Position numbers and translations under genes: made by a program
The notes under the pieces: model-generated
What the model saw: only the letters and a program-made list of their open reading frames with translations
What the model was told of the DNA's origin: nothing
Databases searched by the model: none
From: Tricharina praecox
Lineage: Eukaryota
DNA length: 64,000 bases
Reading direction: 5' to 3'
NCBI RefSeq assembly: GCF_024521635.1
Contig: NW_026250417.1
Span: forward strand, 620,001 to 684,000
Shown here: piece by piece, positions 62,695 through 64,000 of the stretch
Layout of the letters: each line of letters begins with the position of its first letter
Position numbering within the stretch: position 1 is the stretch's first letter

Positions 62695-64000
62695 CTTTGC
62701 TGGATGTTTTGCGGTTCGTTTCTCTGGTAGATATGAATTCGGTGGTATGGTATCAAGCGCTGAATTGCGGAGATGGTAGAGAAGGTTGCCCATGGTCGTC
62801 AACGAAACATTTCCTTATATATATACTACCTACATATGACGCAACACCTCAACACTGGGATCGAAAAAACAAGCGATTCATTGAATGTCACTCGGTAATC
62901 TCGGTTCGCTGCTGCTCTCGGGAGCTAGTTAGCGGCTGCAAGAGTGATCAGGCTGCACACGATAATAAATTTATGTTCTCTCTCCCTCTCTGCAAGAGTG
63001 ATCGGGCTGCCATAGTCTAGAAAGTGTCCTCTAGACTCTCTCTCCCGCAAGAGTAATGCTTCCGAAAAATCACCCAGGAAGCAGGGCATTCACGTCTCTG
63101 TCTCTATCCATATCGATACCGGAACAACTCCCGAATTGACGGTGCGATAACTCCTTATCATATCAAACATCGCCCCGCTGCAGCTGTAATCTCCCATGTC
63201 GCCGGCGCGCCCCCAGACATACGGTAGTTACGCGGAATCATGCTTTGAGTCGACCTTGACGACTTCAGCCACCCAATCATACGCTCGCCAATGGCACGAA
63301 CTCTTCTGCATCGCGCGTCGTGGTTTGTTTACGTTTTGAAACCGTCAAAACCTCCATGATTCGTCGCTGCGGAAAATCAGTGATGAACCTATGGTTTCCC
63401 ACGCAACGGGGCCACACACCATCCCTGTATCGGTAGCTGGTGCAGATGATGCACAGTAAACAAACCCCTCAGGGATGGGGGATAGAGCACAGAGTAACTA
63501 GAGTAGCGGGAGTGGAGCAGGCGCCAACGAGACGAGACGGACGACATCCCTCCCCAACCACAGCCCACCAGCAGCAGGCAAGCAAGCAGGCCAGCCATCC
63601 CATACCATCAAGCATCACCGCCCGCCCACCACCAGGTACTTACACACAGCAAACCGGAATTCGCGGGCACCAAGACCGACTGGACTGGAAGCCTCATCGC
63701 CATCGCCATCGCCTTCGGCATCCCGTGGCGCACCGCGGCTTCTTTAGTTTTTTGTGCTTCCCGCCAGCTAGCCAGCCAGCCACCTCAAAGTTCAGCACTC
63801 CCCCCCCATCATCCACGTTGGGTACAGTAGCCACCACCTCCACCACCACCACCACCACCACCACCCACCACGAAAAAGAGCTCCATCGGCTTTCCCCCGA
63901 GAGGATAACACGCGGTTGATCGAGCTCTTCAGATACTTCTAGGGTACTTTACCAGTTCGCGATTATCACCCCCTCCACGCGATAGCTACACCAAGCACTC

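Overview
Eukaryotic genomic DNA from a filamentous ascomycete: short GT-AG introns with CTRAC-type branch sites, a ham-8-like gene and a fungal hybrid histidine kinase. The exact taxon cannot be determined from sequence alone. I can build 16 protein-coding models. They include a ham-8-like gene, PPC decarboxylase, a CCDC90/Fmp32-like protein, a hybrid histidine kinase, an SDR with a PTS1-like end, a CFEM protein, carboxypeptidase Y, a PAC4-like chaperone, a Gfo/Idh/MocA oxidoreductase and several unassigned genes. The non-coding DNA holds the more unusual items. One is an intronic box C/D snoRNA carrying two guides (18S and 25S sites that yeast assigns to separate snoRNAs). There are also three families of non-autonomous DNA transposons: a 1.8-kb CCCTA-ended CMC/CACTA-like element with a 3-bp TSD plus a truncated relative, an 893-bp MULE-like element with a 9-bp TSD, and a 482-bp hAT-like MITE. 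A divergent pair of unassigned Zn-motif genes both end in TAG codons followed by open frame, making them candidates for A-to-I stop-loss editing. Exon boundaries and product names come from manual reading and recalled family motifs, not from database searches.
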